IMG/VR virus record: IMGVR_UViG_3300033153_011579
Source of the DNA: a virus
Lineage: Duplodnaviria; Heunggongvirae; Uroviricota; Caudoviricetes
DNA: 64,000 nt
Strand: one strand, 5' to 3'
The notes beneath the pieces are model-generated. The model had not been told where the DNA came from, ran no database searches, and saw only the letters and a program-made list of their open reading frames with translations. The position numbers were made by a program, and so were the translations under genes. Below are positions 46,739 through 56,532 of this stretch, one piece after another; position 1 is the first letter of the stretch, and every line of letters begins with the position of its first letter.

Positions 46739-47660
46739 TCTCGCACAGAGTGAGATGTACAAGACCATCCCCCTCGGCGACGACGTCGCGCGGGAGTTCC
46801 CCTGGTGGCGCGAGGGTCAGACCACCTTCGCGACCGGCGTCGCGTACCGCGAGCAGCGGTTTGTGTTCGGGCCGAACAGCGCGCCCTTGCGCTCCGACCG
46901 CGAGATCCCGATCGACATCACCGAGATCCGGATGATCCTCGATACGACCACCGAGCGCGAGCAGGCGGGAGAGCAGAACACGACGGTTCAGATTTTTCAC
47001 TCGAAGTACGACATCATCAACAGATGGCAGCCGGTGCTGAGCGTCAACACCCTGTGTAACCGGGGGTTCGGTGGCGATACCGCGTCCGCCATGTTCAAGC
47101 TGCCCGCTCCGTACTTCCTGCAGCGCGGCCAGGCGTTCAAGATGGAGCTCGTCCCGCTGACGGCGACCATGGCGAACAGGACGATCGACGTCTGCCTACG
47201 AGGCTGGGACCCGTTCAACAAGTTCCCATGCGTCATGTCCAAGCAGATCGCCCTGGGCGCGGCCAACGCCAAGGTCGACCTCGTGTTCGACGAGAACCGT
47301 GACGCCGCCATGCGCAGCATGTGGATCCGGGACATCACGTTCGGGTTCAGCGAGGTGAACGCCGCGGCAGCGCCGAGGTCGATCACCGACCATATCCGCG
47401 TGCGGTTCCATCCGGGGATGGGCCCGAAGTGGACCGACGATATGACGATTGGCACGAGGTTGTCAGGCCTCGTGCACGACGACAGCTACGTCTCGGCGGT
47501 CGGAGCATATCGGCCGACCACGAGGTTCGTTCCCAAAGCTCCAATCGTCCTGCGGCCCCGAGAGGTGTTGACGATCAAGGTGAGGAACGAGGTGGCCATC
47601 GCCTCCGGGCCTCACACCTGGTACTGCTGGGTGATCGGTACGCAGAAGGGAAGGTACTAG
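46731..47660 (+). CDS. Structural-block protein with internally duplicated strand motif (309 aa)
   Basis: GGAGGA 5 nt before ATG 46731; YFLQRGQAFKMELVP...IDVCLRGW and IVLRPREVLTIKVRN... Confidence 0.6.
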   Translation: MVDLAQSEMYKTIPLGDDVAREFPWWREGQTTFATGVAYREQRFVFGPNSAPLRSDREIPIDITEIRMILDTTTEREQAGEQNTTVQIFHSKYDIINRWQPVLSVNTLCNRGFGGDTASAMFKLPAPYFLQRGQAFKMELVPLTATMANRTIDVCLRGWDPFNKFPCVMSKQIALGAANAKVDLVFDENRDAAMRSMWIRDITFGFSEVNAAAAPRSITDHIRVRFHPGMGPKWTDDMTIGTRLSGLVHDDSYVSAVGAYRPTTRFVPKAPIVLRPREVLTIKVRNEVAIASGPHTWYCWVIGTQKGRY

Positions 47661-47945
47661 ATGCTGAAGGGCATTCCGCTGCGCGCCATCGCCACCGTCA
47701 TCGCCGGGCCGTTCCCCTCCGCGACCACAGTCGAGGTGGTGTCGACCACGATGTACGACGACCACCGGGAGGGGTCGATGTGCTGGGTCAGCGACGAGGG
47801 GGCAGCCAACTGCCGTGTTGGGCACGGCTTCCCGCTCGAGCCGGGCACCAAGGTCGAGGTCGAGCTCGCCTCCGGCCAGGAGTTGTACGCGATCACGCAG
47901 TCGATCGCTCGGCTCGGAGTTTCGGTAAAGGGAACGCGATGGTGA
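47661..47945 (+). CDS. Small structural-block protein (94 aa)
   Basis: ORF track; TAGATG junction. Confidence 0.55.
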   Translation: MLKGIPLRAIATVIAGPFPSATTVEVVSTTMYDDHREGSMCWVSDEGAANCRVGHGFPLEPGTKVEVELASGQELYAITQSIARLGVSVKGTRW

Positions 47946-48112
47946 GAAAAAAGAAACTGTCGGCCGCGCAGAAGATGAAGCTCGCCATGCTCAACAAGGT
48001 GTTCGACATGGCGGACGCGTTCGTCAAGGGCGCGGGAGCTCCGCGCAAGAAGGCCACTAGTGGCCACCTCGCCGGCGGCGTGGCCCCAGCCCCGTGCGGG
48101 AAGTGCGACTGA
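47939..48112 (+). CDS. Small basic protein (57 aa)
   Basis: MVRKKKLSAAQKMKLAMLNKVFDMADAFVKGAGAPRKKATSGHLAGGVAPAPCGKCD*. Confidence 0.45.
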   Translation: MVRKKKLSAAQKMKLAMLNKVFDMADAFVKGAGAPRKKATSGHLAGGVAPAPCGKCD

Positions 48113-49047
48113 TGGAAGAAACGCCACAATTCCTCGACTGGAACAAGCCGATCCCGGTGGGGGTCTGGCGCGTGGCGATGTTCGTGTTCAACGACCGGGT
48201 GATGCAGGGCTATGGCGACGAGTATGTCGCCAACTACATCACGTACTGGGGGGCGAGGGTCGGTCTCGACGTCTCGAAAAACCATATCGTCAAGGGCGCG
48301 TACAAGGTTCAACTCGGCGCGGACCCAGCAACCCCGTGGTTCGTGTACGTGAGGAACACCGTGAAGGGCCTCACGTCGGTGGAAGTCTTCAAGACGACGA
48401 AGATGCTGGTGTGGTTCTTCGAGCAAGCCACCGAGGGCTGGATGGCCAACTACCTCGAGACGGCCCAGGGGCATCTCGGTGCGGGCATCAGGCAAGCCAA
48501 CCCACCGCAGTGGGCGACCTCCGATTCGTTTCTGCTCGCCGAGCGCTGGTACGGCGTGGCCACCATCTGGAAAGACGTCGCGCCCAACCCGAACTTGATA
48601 GAGGACAAGCTCCAAAAAATGGGGCTCGACATCTGGAGCGGTCCGGGGGGCGTCGTCTACAAGGACGACAATCCACGGGTCATGATCCTGTCGCTCTACA
48701 CGGGCGATAAGCCCCGGCGGGTGGGGGACATCCAAAAGGCGATTGGTGCCAAGGCTCTCGTCGTCGACCTCAACCATTTTGAAAAGAACTACACGAAGGA
48801 CAAGTCGGACAAGATCTACGAGGCGTCCGGGGCGATGCTCGAGACGATTGGCGATATGGCGGTTGGGATCTCCGAAGGTCTCGAGAACGCCACCGACCTC
48901 GTACCCACGGTGTTCGACATCCTCGGCTGGATCGCGAAGTGGGGACCGTTCATCGCGGTCGGCGCGGTCGCGCTCTACTTCGGCCCTCGGGTGCTGACGG
49001 CAGCCAAGAAGAGCCGAGGCGAGTGGAAGAAGGCGAGGGCGGCATGA
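48112..49047 (+). CDS. Hypothetical protein with C-terminal TM + basic tail (311 aa)
   Basis: TGATG coupling; ends WGPFIAVGAVALYFGPRVLTAAKKSRGEWKKARAA*. Confidence 0.6.
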   Translation: MEETPQFLDWNKPIPVGVWRVAMFVFNDRVMQGYGDEYVANYITYWGARVGLDVSKNHIVKGAYKVQLGADPATPWFVYVRNTVKGLTSVEVFKTTKMLVWFFEQATEGWMANYLETAQGHLGAGIRQANPPQWATSDSFLLAERWYGVATIWKDVAPNPNLIEDKLQKMGLDIWSGPGGVVYKDDNPRVMILSLYTGDKPRRVGDIQKAIGAKALVVDLNHFEKNYTKDKSDKIYEASGAMLETIGDMAVGISEGLENATDLVPTVFDILGWIAKWGPFIAVGAVALYFGPRVLTAAKKSRGEWKKARAA

Positions 49048-49364
49048 CGAGCAAGCAAAAGATCATCGCGGGAGTCGCCGCGGGAGCCGCCGCCGCCCTG
49101 ATCACCGGTCTCGTCATCTGGCGCTCCCGGAAGAGGCTCGCGCTCGCCGCTCTTAAATACGAAGTCGATCCTTTATATAAGGCCCCCGCCGGCCTCAAGA
49201 CGCTGAAGCTCAGGAGCGTGCCGAAAGCCGCGGTGGTGGCCGTTAGAAAAATACACGGCAAGTTCAAGCTGCACCAGGCGTTCAGGGACACCGACGCCAT
49301 GTACTTGGTAGAAATCCACGAGGGGTTCGACCCGCTCGTGTTTCGAGTGAGGAGAAAGACATGA
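49044..49364 (+). CDS. N-terminally anchored small protein (106 aa)
   Basis: MTSKQKIIAGVAAGAAAALITGLVIWRSRKR. Confidence 0.55.
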   Translation: MTSKQKIIAGVAAGAAAALITGLVIWRSRKRLALAALKYEVDPLYKAPAGLKTLKLRSVPKAAVVAVRKIHGKFKLHQAFRDTDAMYLVEIHEGFDPLVFRVRRKT

Positions 49365-50419
49365 GAGGCAATCCCTACGATTGGATCAACCAGACTCGCG
49401 AGCACAAGGTGTTCGGAACTCGGCACTACCCGCTGATCGCCGGGCTCGCTGGGAAGTCCAACGGCTACCCGGCGTTCGCCATGCAGGTCCAGAGCCTGCC
49501 TGGTCTGCAGCGCAACCAGTACATCCGCGAGTGGCGGCAGTGGTTCGGGCGGCACGGCAAGAGCTGGGAGAAGATGGGCTGCCTCAAGGAAAACCGTCTC
49601 GGCCAGTACACCGACCGCTACAGGTGGACCGAGTGGAAGCCGGGCCTCGGTGCCTTCGGGTCGTTCGATACGAGCGTCGGGATGGGCTGGACCGCGATGG
49701 GGAACCCCGGCGCGAACTTCATCCCCAAGACGAACGTCATCCCGATCCCGGGGTACCCCGGCTGGGTACGCCAGATCGGCATGCTGAAGTACGACAAGGT
49801 CGGCGACGCGTGGCCCTGGTGTCTCGTGTACGCCAAGACCGACGGCTCGCAGTACGTCTGGTACTACAAGTACTCGGCGTCTCAGCCTCCGTTCCCCGGA
49901 GTCCCGCAGCCGACCGGCGGTGGCGACGACATCGGCACCGCGATCCCGAGCTCGACGAAGGCCGCGGTCACCGCGCTCCAGAAGGCGCTCAACCTCGCCG
50001 ACGCCAGGGACTCGCACAACAGGAAGCTGAACGAGGACGGCAACATCGGGCCCGACACGTGCTACGCGGCGTACCAGTTCAAGTCGGAGATGGGGCTCGG
50101 TACCGGAGCTGGGCTGCCCGCGGAGTTCTGGCTCTACCTCGGCCTGCCCGAGTCGTACGTCAAGTACAAGAACATCTGCTCGGCCTACTCGAGTGGAACG
50201 GAACCGAAAAAAACGACCAAACAACCGGGGCCGCTACCGGAGGAAGAGACTCCCGACCCGACGGTCAAGGCGGGCGACGCACCGCTCTCGATCTCGAAGG
50301 CGGGCCTCGGTGGCAAGAAGATGCTCCTGCTCGGCGGGGCCCTCCTGTTCGGGGGGCTCGTCGTGCTCGGTCGTAAGAAGAAGAAGCGCGGAAAACGCTC
50401 CAAGAAGAGGAGAAAATAA
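49361..50419 (+). CDS. Peptidoglycan-binding-domain protein with C-terminal TM and poly-basic tail (352 aa)
   Basis: TKAAVTALQKALNL...LNEDGNIGPDTCYAAYQFKSEMGL (PG_binding_1-like); ends LLLGGALLFGGLVVLGRKKKKRGKRSKKRRK*. Confidence 0.6.
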   Translation: MRGNPYDWINQTREHKVFGTRHYPLIAGLAGKSNGYPAFAMQVQSLPGLQRNQYIREWRQWFGRHGKSWEKMGCLKENRLGQYTDRYRWTEWKPGLGAFGSFDTSVGMGWTAMGNPGANFIPKTNVIPIPGYPGWVRQIGMLKYDKVGDAWPWCLVYAKTDGSQYVWYYKYSASQPPFPGVPQPTGGGDDIGTAIPSSTKAAVTALQKALNLADARDSHNRKLNEDGNIGPDTCYAAYQFKSEMGLGTGAGLPAEFWLYLGLPESYVKYKNICSAYSSGTEPKKTTKQPGPLPEEETPDPTVKAGDAPLSISKAGLGGKKMLLLGGALLFGGLVVLGRKKKKRGKRSKKRRK

Positions 50420-50988
50420 TGCCGTCCAAGAAGAGCAAGAAGAAGCGCGGGAAGAAAAAAGGGAGTCCGCTCCCACTCGTGATCGCCGCGGCGGCCATCG
50501 GTCTCGCCCTCTTCTTCGTGAGCAAGAAGGGGTCCGCCGGAGTGCCCAAGGACATCCCCAAGGGGAAGGGTCCCGGGAAGGCACCTCCCGCAGGAGCGCC
50601 GGCCAGCGCGCGCCCAGCTCCCGAGCTCACCGCGGCTCCGGACCCCGTGCCGACGGGAGAAGCGATCGACGACGCGCCGGCACCGACCAGTTCCGGCGAC
50701 ACCGGGCCGAGCGACCCGCTGAAGGCGGCCGGCTGGAAATGGGGCTTCATGGGATCTGTCGACCCCGACGAGGCATGGTCCGTCGGCGAGGTCATCAGCC
50801 CTTCACAGCTGCCGTTTGGTGCGGACAACCTGATCCAGGTGAGCCCGCTCGACACGGTCGAGGTGGCCTACTACCTCGCGTCGCAGGAGATGCTGACGCC
50901 TGGCTACTACGTGGTCGGGCAGATCAACTCGGAGGGCTTCTCCTTCGAGCCGCCCTTCTGGGGCATCATCCACGTCTGGCAGGAGTAG
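50419..50988 (+). CDS. N-terminally anchored protein with poly-basic head (189 aa)
   Basis: MPSKKSKKKRGKKKGSPLPLVIAAAAIGLALFFVSKKG. Confidence 0.6.
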   Translation: MPSKKSKKKRGKKKGSPLPLVIAAAAIGLALFFVSKKGSAGVPKDIPKGKGPGKAPPAGAPASARPAPELTAAPDPVPTGEAIDDAPAPTSSGDTGPSDPLKAAGWKWGFMGSVDPDEAWSVGEVISPSQLPFGADNLIQVSPLDTVEVAYYLASQEMLTPGYYVVGQINSEGFSFEPPFWGIIHVWQE

Positions 50989-50994
50989 GGAAAG

Positions 50995-51648
50995 ATGCCG
51001 TCGCCGCACAGCTATTACAGCTACCTGAAGATCTACAACGGGTCTGTGGGAGAATCGCCGCGCAAGGGGGCTTTTTACATCCCCAAGCATGGCGAGGCAC
51101 TCACGAGGATCGCCAAGCAGGCGTACGGGTTCGTGACCAGTACGCTCGCCGGCGTCCAGATGATCAACAGATCAGCATGGAATCGCAATGCGGCGAAGCA
51201 GGGTGCGTTCAAGTATCGCGTGACGTCGACTTCTTGCAAGTCGAAGATGGCCAACCCGGACAACGCGCTCACTACCCAGGGCTACAACAAGGGGGCCTGG
51301 CTCGCGCTGTGCCCGCCTTACCCGCTGTTCTGGATCCCGGCGAAGGCGGGCCAGATGCCGGAAGACCTCGCGCCTCCGGACGCCCCCCCCGGTCCCCCCG
51401 GAGCGACCTTCAAGGCACCGCCGAAGTCGCGTGGTGGAAGAGTGACGACGAAGAAGAGAGCCGGGGTCAAGACCACCAGGCAATCGCCCGGTCCGGGGAC
51501 GCAGTCGCCCTACTACCAGGGCCAGGGGACGTCGGGCTCGAGGAAGACGGCTCTCGCCGGCGTCGGGTCGCCGTGGATGCTGCTCGCCCTCGCGTTGCTC
51601 GCAGCCGGAGGATACGTATGGTACAGGCGGCGGAACAAGAAGAAGTAG
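50995..51648 (+). CDS. LysM-like protein with C-terminal TM + basic tail (217 aa)
   Basis: FYIPKHGEALTRIAKQAYG (weak LysM-like); ends PWMLLALALLAAGGYVWYRRRNKKK*. Confidence 0.5.
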   Translation: MPSPHSYYSYLKIYNGSVGESPRKGAFYIPKHGEALTRIAKQAYGFVTSTLAGVQMINRSAWNRNAAKQGAFKYRVTSTSCKSKMANPDNALTTQGYNKGAWLALCPPYPLFWIPAKAGQMPEDLAPPDAPPGPPGATFKAPPKSRGGRVTTKKRAGVKTTRQSPGPGTQSPYYQGQGTSGSRKTALAGVGSPWMLLALALLAAGGYVWYRRRNKKK

Positions 51649-51753
51649 AGACCAAGCGGTGCTCGATCTTCAAACCCTTCTCTGACCCTGTTTTTTCAAA
51701 GACAGTAACAGTCGTCCTTTGCCCTCGATGCGGGGCGACACCAGAGGTGATGC

Positions 51754-53571
51754 ATGGGTAACGAAAAGGGGCAGGAGCCCAAAACCCCTTCGAAGAGGAA
51801 GATGAACGACCGGAGGGTGACGCAGGCCCAGGTCGGCGTCGAGCAGCCGACCGACCGCGACGAGGGTTGGGACGTCTCGAAATTCCGGCAGATCATCTTT
51901 TCGATGCACCCGGTCGACCCGGACATCGACGACGTGGGTGCCGTCGGCTGGATCGCGTACGTCAAGGTCTGGCGCTTCAAGCTCGCCAACCGCTGGGGTA
52001 CCGGCAGCTCGGGAGGACAGTGGTACGCCGAGGACGAGCTCATCATCTCGATGGACGGCGATGTCGCGAACGGCGGCCCGATGGAGTACCAGCTGCCGAC
52101 GTGGAACGCCGAGAAGATGTTCTTCCAAGTGGTGCTCTCCGAGGGCGGTCCCGATACGTGGCAAGCCGCGCAGACCATCTCCGGGCTCGTCCCGCAGTCG
52201 TGCGAGTGCGAAGCGGACGTCGGCAGTATCGGTGGCGGCGGTGGGTCCGGTGGAATCGTCGTCTCGAACCTGTTCGATCTGATGGCCCACAACGACTACA
52301 CGTACAGCTCGCTTCGTGGCGATTTCGTCGCCACCAGGATTGCCGCGAACTCCATCCTGGTCAGCGGGCTCGACTTCGCGGTCGAAGAGCGGCAGATCCT
52401 GGCGATCGGCCTCAAGCGCTCGGGGACAACGTCCAGAACGCGCATGTGGTATCGCGACGACACCCTGCGTGTCGACTACACGCCAGGAACCTCGCTCATC
52501 GTGCACGCTGGCTTCACCAGCGACGCCCTGGACGAGGTGATCGTCTTCCTCGAGGGACCGTCCAAGGTGGACGACCCCACGAACCGAGCTCGACGCAACA
52601 AGACCGTCAACCCCGACCCGAAGCATGTCGCGACCGACGGGATTTTTCTCGACATCACGAAAGCCGAGCAGGCCGACGACGATTATTTCCCGTTCATGAT
52701 GAACCAGGACGGCTACCACTGGCTGTCGACGATGATCACCCTGACCGAGGACACCGTCGTGACGCTCGAGGCGACAAACGACCTCGCAGCGGACGGTGCC
52801 GAGGAATGGTACGACGTCACCGAGGAGGTGCTCGGCGTCGCCTCGGTCACCACGGCGAACGACGACCAGGCCTTCCCACCGCAGTGCTGGGTCGGCTGGC
52901 GACGGATGCGCTGGGTGGTCGGTGAGACCGGCTCTGGCGGTACCTGCAAGCTCTACATGCTGAGATCGGCCTATGGCAACCACTGGGTGCCCGTCGCCCG
53001 TGAGGGCCTCCCAGCGCTCCATGGCGGCCTCCCGGTGATGGGCGAAGCTCGAGCTGTCCAGGCCCCGGCCATCGCCGCGCTGTCCGCTGGGAAGTTCGTC
53101 ACGAACCTCTTCAAGGAGCTCGTCGGAGCAGCCTTCGACTGGGCCGTCGGAGCAGACCGCGGAGAAGAGGTCGACCCCGTCGACACGCGGGACTACACGA
53201 ACGTCATGGCCGAAGTCACCGGCCAAGGGGATGGTGATTTTTACTACTACCTCGACATGGCCCACTTCACAAAAGTGGGCATCCAGATCGAGAACGTCGA
53301 TGGAATAGCCGGCGACAACACCTACACGATCCATGGCTCGGAGCAGGACGACGGTACTGCACCGAACGCCGTTATCTACCAGGACATCACGCAGTTCGGG
53401 TGTGACAACATGAGAGCAGCCAACGCCGCGAACTACACGGCGGACGTCCTGTTGCAACTGAACGCCGCCGGGCTCTCGTACAAGTGGATCATGGTTCATG
53501 TCGAGCGCGCCAATGATGGCGCAAACACCGACGGCGAGTGGACCATCCTCGCCCGTCCGCTCTACCACTAG
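51754..53571 (+). CDS. Large multi-module beta-rich structural protein (605 aa; fibre/spike candidate)
   Basis: GGGGGSGG linker; repeated beta-sandwich-like modules ending ...EWTILARPLYH. Confidence 0.6.
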   Translation: MGNEKGQEPKTPSKRKMNDRRVTQAQVGVEQPTDRDEGWDVSKFRQIIFSMHPVDPDIDDVGAVGWIAYVKVWRFKLANRWGTGSSGGQWYAEDELIISMDGDVANGGPMEYQLPTWNAEKMFFQVVLSEGGPDTWQAAQTISGLVPQSCECEADVGSIGGGGGSGGIVVSNLFDLMAHNDYTYSSLRGDFVATRIAANSILVSGLDFAVEERQILAIGLKRSGTTSRTRMWYRDDTLRVDYTPGTSLIVHAGFTSDALDEVIVFLEGPSKVDDPTNRARRNKTVNPDPKHVATDGIFLDITKAEQADDDYFPFMMNQDGYHWLSTMITLTEDTVVTLEATNDLAADGAEEWYDVTEEVLGVASVTTANDDQAFPPQCWVGWRRMRWVVGETGSGGTCKLYMLRSAYGNHWVPVAREGLPALHGGLPVMGEARAVQAPAIAALSAGKFVTNLFKELVGAAFDWAVGADRGEEVDPVDTRDYTNVMAEVTGQGDGDFYYYLDMAHFTKVGIQIENVDGIAGDNTYTIHGSEQDDGTAPNAVIYQDITQFGCDNMRAANAANYTADVLLQLNAAGLSYKWIMVHVERANDGANTDGEWTILARPLYH

Positions 53572-53582
53572 GAGATTTTCAC

Positions 53583-53858
53583 GTGGGAATAGACATCAAA
53601 GCAGAACTCAGCAAGCTGGCGCTCGCCAACCTGGTCGATATTCCGCAATCTTCCGGAAAACCCCCAGGGGTGCCGGACATCACCAAAGCCAAGGCGCTCG
53701 CCGTTCTCAACAAGCTCCGCGAGATCGCCAAGCACAACGGCTACCGTGGGATCGCCAAGGCCGAAAAAATCCCCGAAAAATGGGTCAGGAAGCTCGACCT
53801 GCTGCGCAAGGAAGTCATCGCCGAGAAGCAACCCAAAGAGATCGAGGATCTCGAATAG
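53583..53858 (+). CDS. Hypothetical protein (91 aa, GTG start)
   Basis: GGAG 8 nt upstream; VGIDIKAELSKLALANLVDIP... Confidence 0.45.
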   Translation: MGIDIKAELSKLALANLVDIPQSSGKPPGVPDITKAKALAVLNKLREIAKHNGYRGIAKAEKIPEKWVRKLDLLRKEVIAEKQPKEIEDLE

Positions 53859-54467
53859 ATGCCCGCGTACTTCCACATCATCGACCCTAACGGCCACATC
53901 GTACGGATCGATGCGTCGACCCACGCCCAAACCACGATCGAGTACGAGCACCACGAAATCCATGGCTCCAGCTCGTTCACCTGCTGGTACGAGCAAGAGG
54001 TCTCGGACGATGGCGACCAATCGATCATCGCCTTCAAGACTCCCGCTGGAGCCAAGTGGGGCCACCTCACGTTTGCCGCCTCAGCCTCGCAGCCGGCGGA
54101 GGCCTGGATCCTCGAAGCCCCCGACGTCGTCGACAACACAGGAGCGCCGCTCGCAATCTGGAACAGAAACCGGGCCATCATCCTACCCAGCATAATGATC
54201 GACACCTCCCAGAACCCGGACGTCGTCGACCAGGCCACCTTCTTCACCGAGGTGACGATGGGTAACGTCACGGCTGGCGACGAGATCGACCACCAGCACC
54301 TCGAAGCGGGTCGGGGACCCCGTGCGATCGGCGGAGTATCCCGAGGCTCTCAGGAGTGGATACTCAAGCCCGAGGTCCACTATGCATTCATCGTCGAGTC
54401 CCTGAACGACGACACCAACGTCCACAACCTCCAGGTCAACTGGTACGAGCATACGGATAGAAACTGA
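53859..54467 (+). CDS. Beta-sandwich-like structural protein (202 aa)
   Basis: TIEYEHHEIHGSSSFTCWY...NLQVNWYEHTDRN; TAGATG junction. Confidence 0.55.
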   Translation: MPAYFHIIDPNGHIVRIDASTHAQTTIEYEHHEIHGSSSFTCWYEQEVSDDGDQSIIAFKTPAGAKWGHLTFAASASQPAEAWILEAPDVVDNTGAPLAIWNRNRAIILPSIMIDTSQNPDVVDQATFFTEVTMGNVTAGDEIDHQHLEAGRGPRAIGGVSRGSQEWILKPEVHYAFIVESLNDDTNVHNLQVNWYEHTDRN

Positions 54468-55105
54468 TGAGCCGCCTTCTCCCACACGACGTTACCGCCG
54501 AAGACAGAATGCGCCGCTGTTTTTTTGGTACGCGGTTCCGTCGGCCGGGAGATGAAGTCGAGAAACAGGGTGTGATCAGCGGTGCGCCTGTTATCAATCG
54601 AGGTGCGACGTTCGATGGCGTGAACGACTACATCACCTACGGGTTGTGGGGGCAGTTCACCGATAAGGACCCCGTCTCGTTTCACTGCTTGTTCTACCCC
54701 AATATAGTCCCATCCGGCGCAATGACTGAGTTTCCGTTTTTTGATACGCCCGATGCTTCGTTGAACTACGCTTGCAGGTTGACAACGACTGGCACATTCC
54801 AGTTTCGTGTCGGCAACGTATCACTCATCAACATAGCTGTCGGGGTGTACTCCGCGCTGTGGAATAATGGCGGCCGAAACTTGGTGACACTGTCCTCAAC
54901 TAGCGGGGCGAGTGACATCATGTTCAACGGAACCGTGCTCGCTGCGGCTGTTGATACAGCTTGGACCCCGACGGTTGTCACTTCATTGGCCATTGGTCGG
55001 AGATCGGGTGCGCGATTCAACGGACGTATGGAGTCTCTCCACCTCTTCAACAGTCTCCTCAGCGAAGAAGACCACCAGGCGATCTGGGCTGGGGGAGGTG
55101 CCTGA
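54467..55105 (+). CDS. LamG / concanavalin-A-like lectin domain protein 1
   Basis: GATFDGVNDYITYG...; ATGA coupling. Confidence 0.6.
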   Translation: MSRLLPHDVTAEDRMRRCFFGTRFRRPGDEVEKQGVISGAPVINRGATFDGVNDYITYGLWGQFTDKDPVSFHCLFYPNIVPSGAMTEFPFFDTPDASLNYACRLTTTGTFQFRVGNVSLINIAVGVYSALWNNGGRNLVTLSSTSGASDIMFNGTVLAAAVDTAWTPTVVTSLAIGRRSGARFNGRMESLHLFNSLLSEEDHQAIWAGGGA

Positions 55106-55794
55106 TGGGCCTCTATAACTGGCGCAACAAGCTCCTCCTGGACCTGCCGATGTTGATGCGGGACCACGACCCCGGCAACACCCTGTCGGTCAACAGAGGG
55201 CGTGCGGGAGCGGCCCTCGATGCAACATGGACCGCTGGAGTCACTGCACCGACGAAGCTCGGATACCGGAGGGGGTACTCGTTCGATGGTGCCGACATTA
55301 TGTTGGTTGCGGATGATGCGTCAATCCGATTCGGTACTGGTGATTTCACTGTATTATCAACTTTTGGCACTACGCAGAGTGCGAATCCTGCCAGGACTAT
55401 CGTAGCGAAAGGCACTGTCGGCGTTGATGAGTGGTTGTTTTATCGCTTTGCCGCTGGAGGTATTCAAAGTATTAGATTTTACGGTGACGGTGGTGCACTC
55501 AACGTAACAGCTGTTTGGACTGGGCGGCATCAGGGCGTCAACACAGGCGTGTTTGTGCGTAGCGGTGATGACGGGTTTCTCTACATCGGAGGGCAGCAAG
55601 TAGCGACACAAGCAGGCATCGCAGCGGTTGATCTGAGCACGACAAAAGATGCTTCAATTGGATCTGCTAATGAGGGTGGTGAACGTTACTGGGTCGACGA
55701 CATCTACCACGTCGGCATGGCCAACTTCGCGCTGAGCCCCCATCAGGTCGCCCAGTACCACAGCACGATGATGCGGAGGCTCCATGCGCTTTGA
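55105..55794 (+). CDS. LamG / ConA-like domain protein 2
   Basis: MGLYNWRNK...YSFDGADIMLVADDASIRFGTGDFTVLSTF; TGATG coupling. Confidence 0.6.
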   Translation: MGLYNWRNKLLLDLPMLMRDHDPGNTLSVNRGRAGAALDATWTAGVTAPTKLGYRRGYSFDGADIMLVADDASIRFGTGDFTVLSTFGTTQSANPARTIVAKGTVGVDEWLFYRFAAGGIQSIRFYGDGGALNVTAVWTGRHQGVNTGVFVRSGDDGFLYIGGQQVATQAGIAAVDLSTTKDASIGSANEGGERYWVDDIYHVGMANFALSPHQVAQYHSTMMRRLHAL

Positions 55795-55831
55795 CTTGCA
55801 AAGTAGTAGCGACATGAGGAGCTACCGGTCA

Positions 55832-55846
55832 GTCCCCGCAGGGGAC
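55832..55846 (+). other. Short GC hairpin between LamG genes
   Basis: GTCCCC-GCA-GGGGAC. Confidence 0.25.
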
Positions 55847-55875
55847 AAGACTATCGGAACACCCGAGGTGTTACG

Positions 55876-56532
55876 ATGAGCTTCCTCCAGCAGTCGATCC
55901 GGGACCAGTCACTCGTCGAGTGGGTCGACCTGCGTCGTTGGAACGCCAACTTCAACGACCTCTCCGGTCAAGGGGCCGTCGGGACGCCCTCCGACGTCTG
56001 GTACGGTGGTGGTGGAGTGCAGTTCGCCAACGACGACGGCTACATCAGCGTGCCTGACGTCGCCGCACACCGAAACGACGCCCTGTCGATCGTAGTCGTC
56101 GGTGAGTTCGACAGGCTCGAGCGTCCCGCCGCCAACCCAGGATTCCTGCTCACCAGGATGGACGGCGGTGGAAACATCGAGTGGCAGTTCGGGATCGACG
56201 ACACTCCGCAACTGTTCTTCGTCGATACCAACGCGTCGGCGACAGTCACAAGAGCAGTCGACTACCGCGGCATGCGCTCGCTTGGGCTGACCACCACGAA
56301 TGGCGGTACGCCGATTGGTTACGGTCAAGGGCTCTCGCTCGGTAATTTCTCCGGTGCGGCAGACGTCGATGCAAACGTCGATATGCTGCTGTACCTCGGG
56401 AACAACGACGACTTCGACCGGTCGATGCTCAACCCCATGCACGCCGCCCTGCTCTTCAATCGACCTCTCGACGAAGAAGAGATGGCCGTCCTCCACGGCG
56501 AGCTCATGGCGCTCCCCGGAGGTGAGCACTGA
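55876..56532 (+). CDS. LamG / ConA-like domain protein 3
   Basis: GGGVQFANDDGYISVPDVAAHRNDALSIVVVGEFDR. Confidence 0.6.
   Translation: MSFLQQSIRDQSLVEWVDLRRWNANFNDLSGQGAVGTPSDVWYGGGGVQFANDDGYISVPDVAAHRNDALSIVVVGEFDRLERPAANPGFLLTRMDGGGNIEWQFGIDDTPQLFFVDTNASATVTRAVDYRGMRSLGLTTTNGGTPIGYGQGLSLGNFSGAADVDANVDMLLYLGNNDDFDRSMLNPMHAALLFNRPLDEEEMAVLHGELMALPGGEH

Noticed and set aside
48950-51761. Long ORFs 48950..50224 (-) and 50193..51761 (+, 522 aa)
   Set aside because: They are out-of-frame or antisense to four well-coupled genes with clear TM and domain features. Their products are Arg/Pro/Gly-rich nonsense.
51670-53568. 632-aa ORF on the minus strand
   Set aside because: It is an antisense shadow of 51754..53571 (+). 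It has Arg/Gly/Val-rich composition and breaks the co-oriented, coupled late operon.
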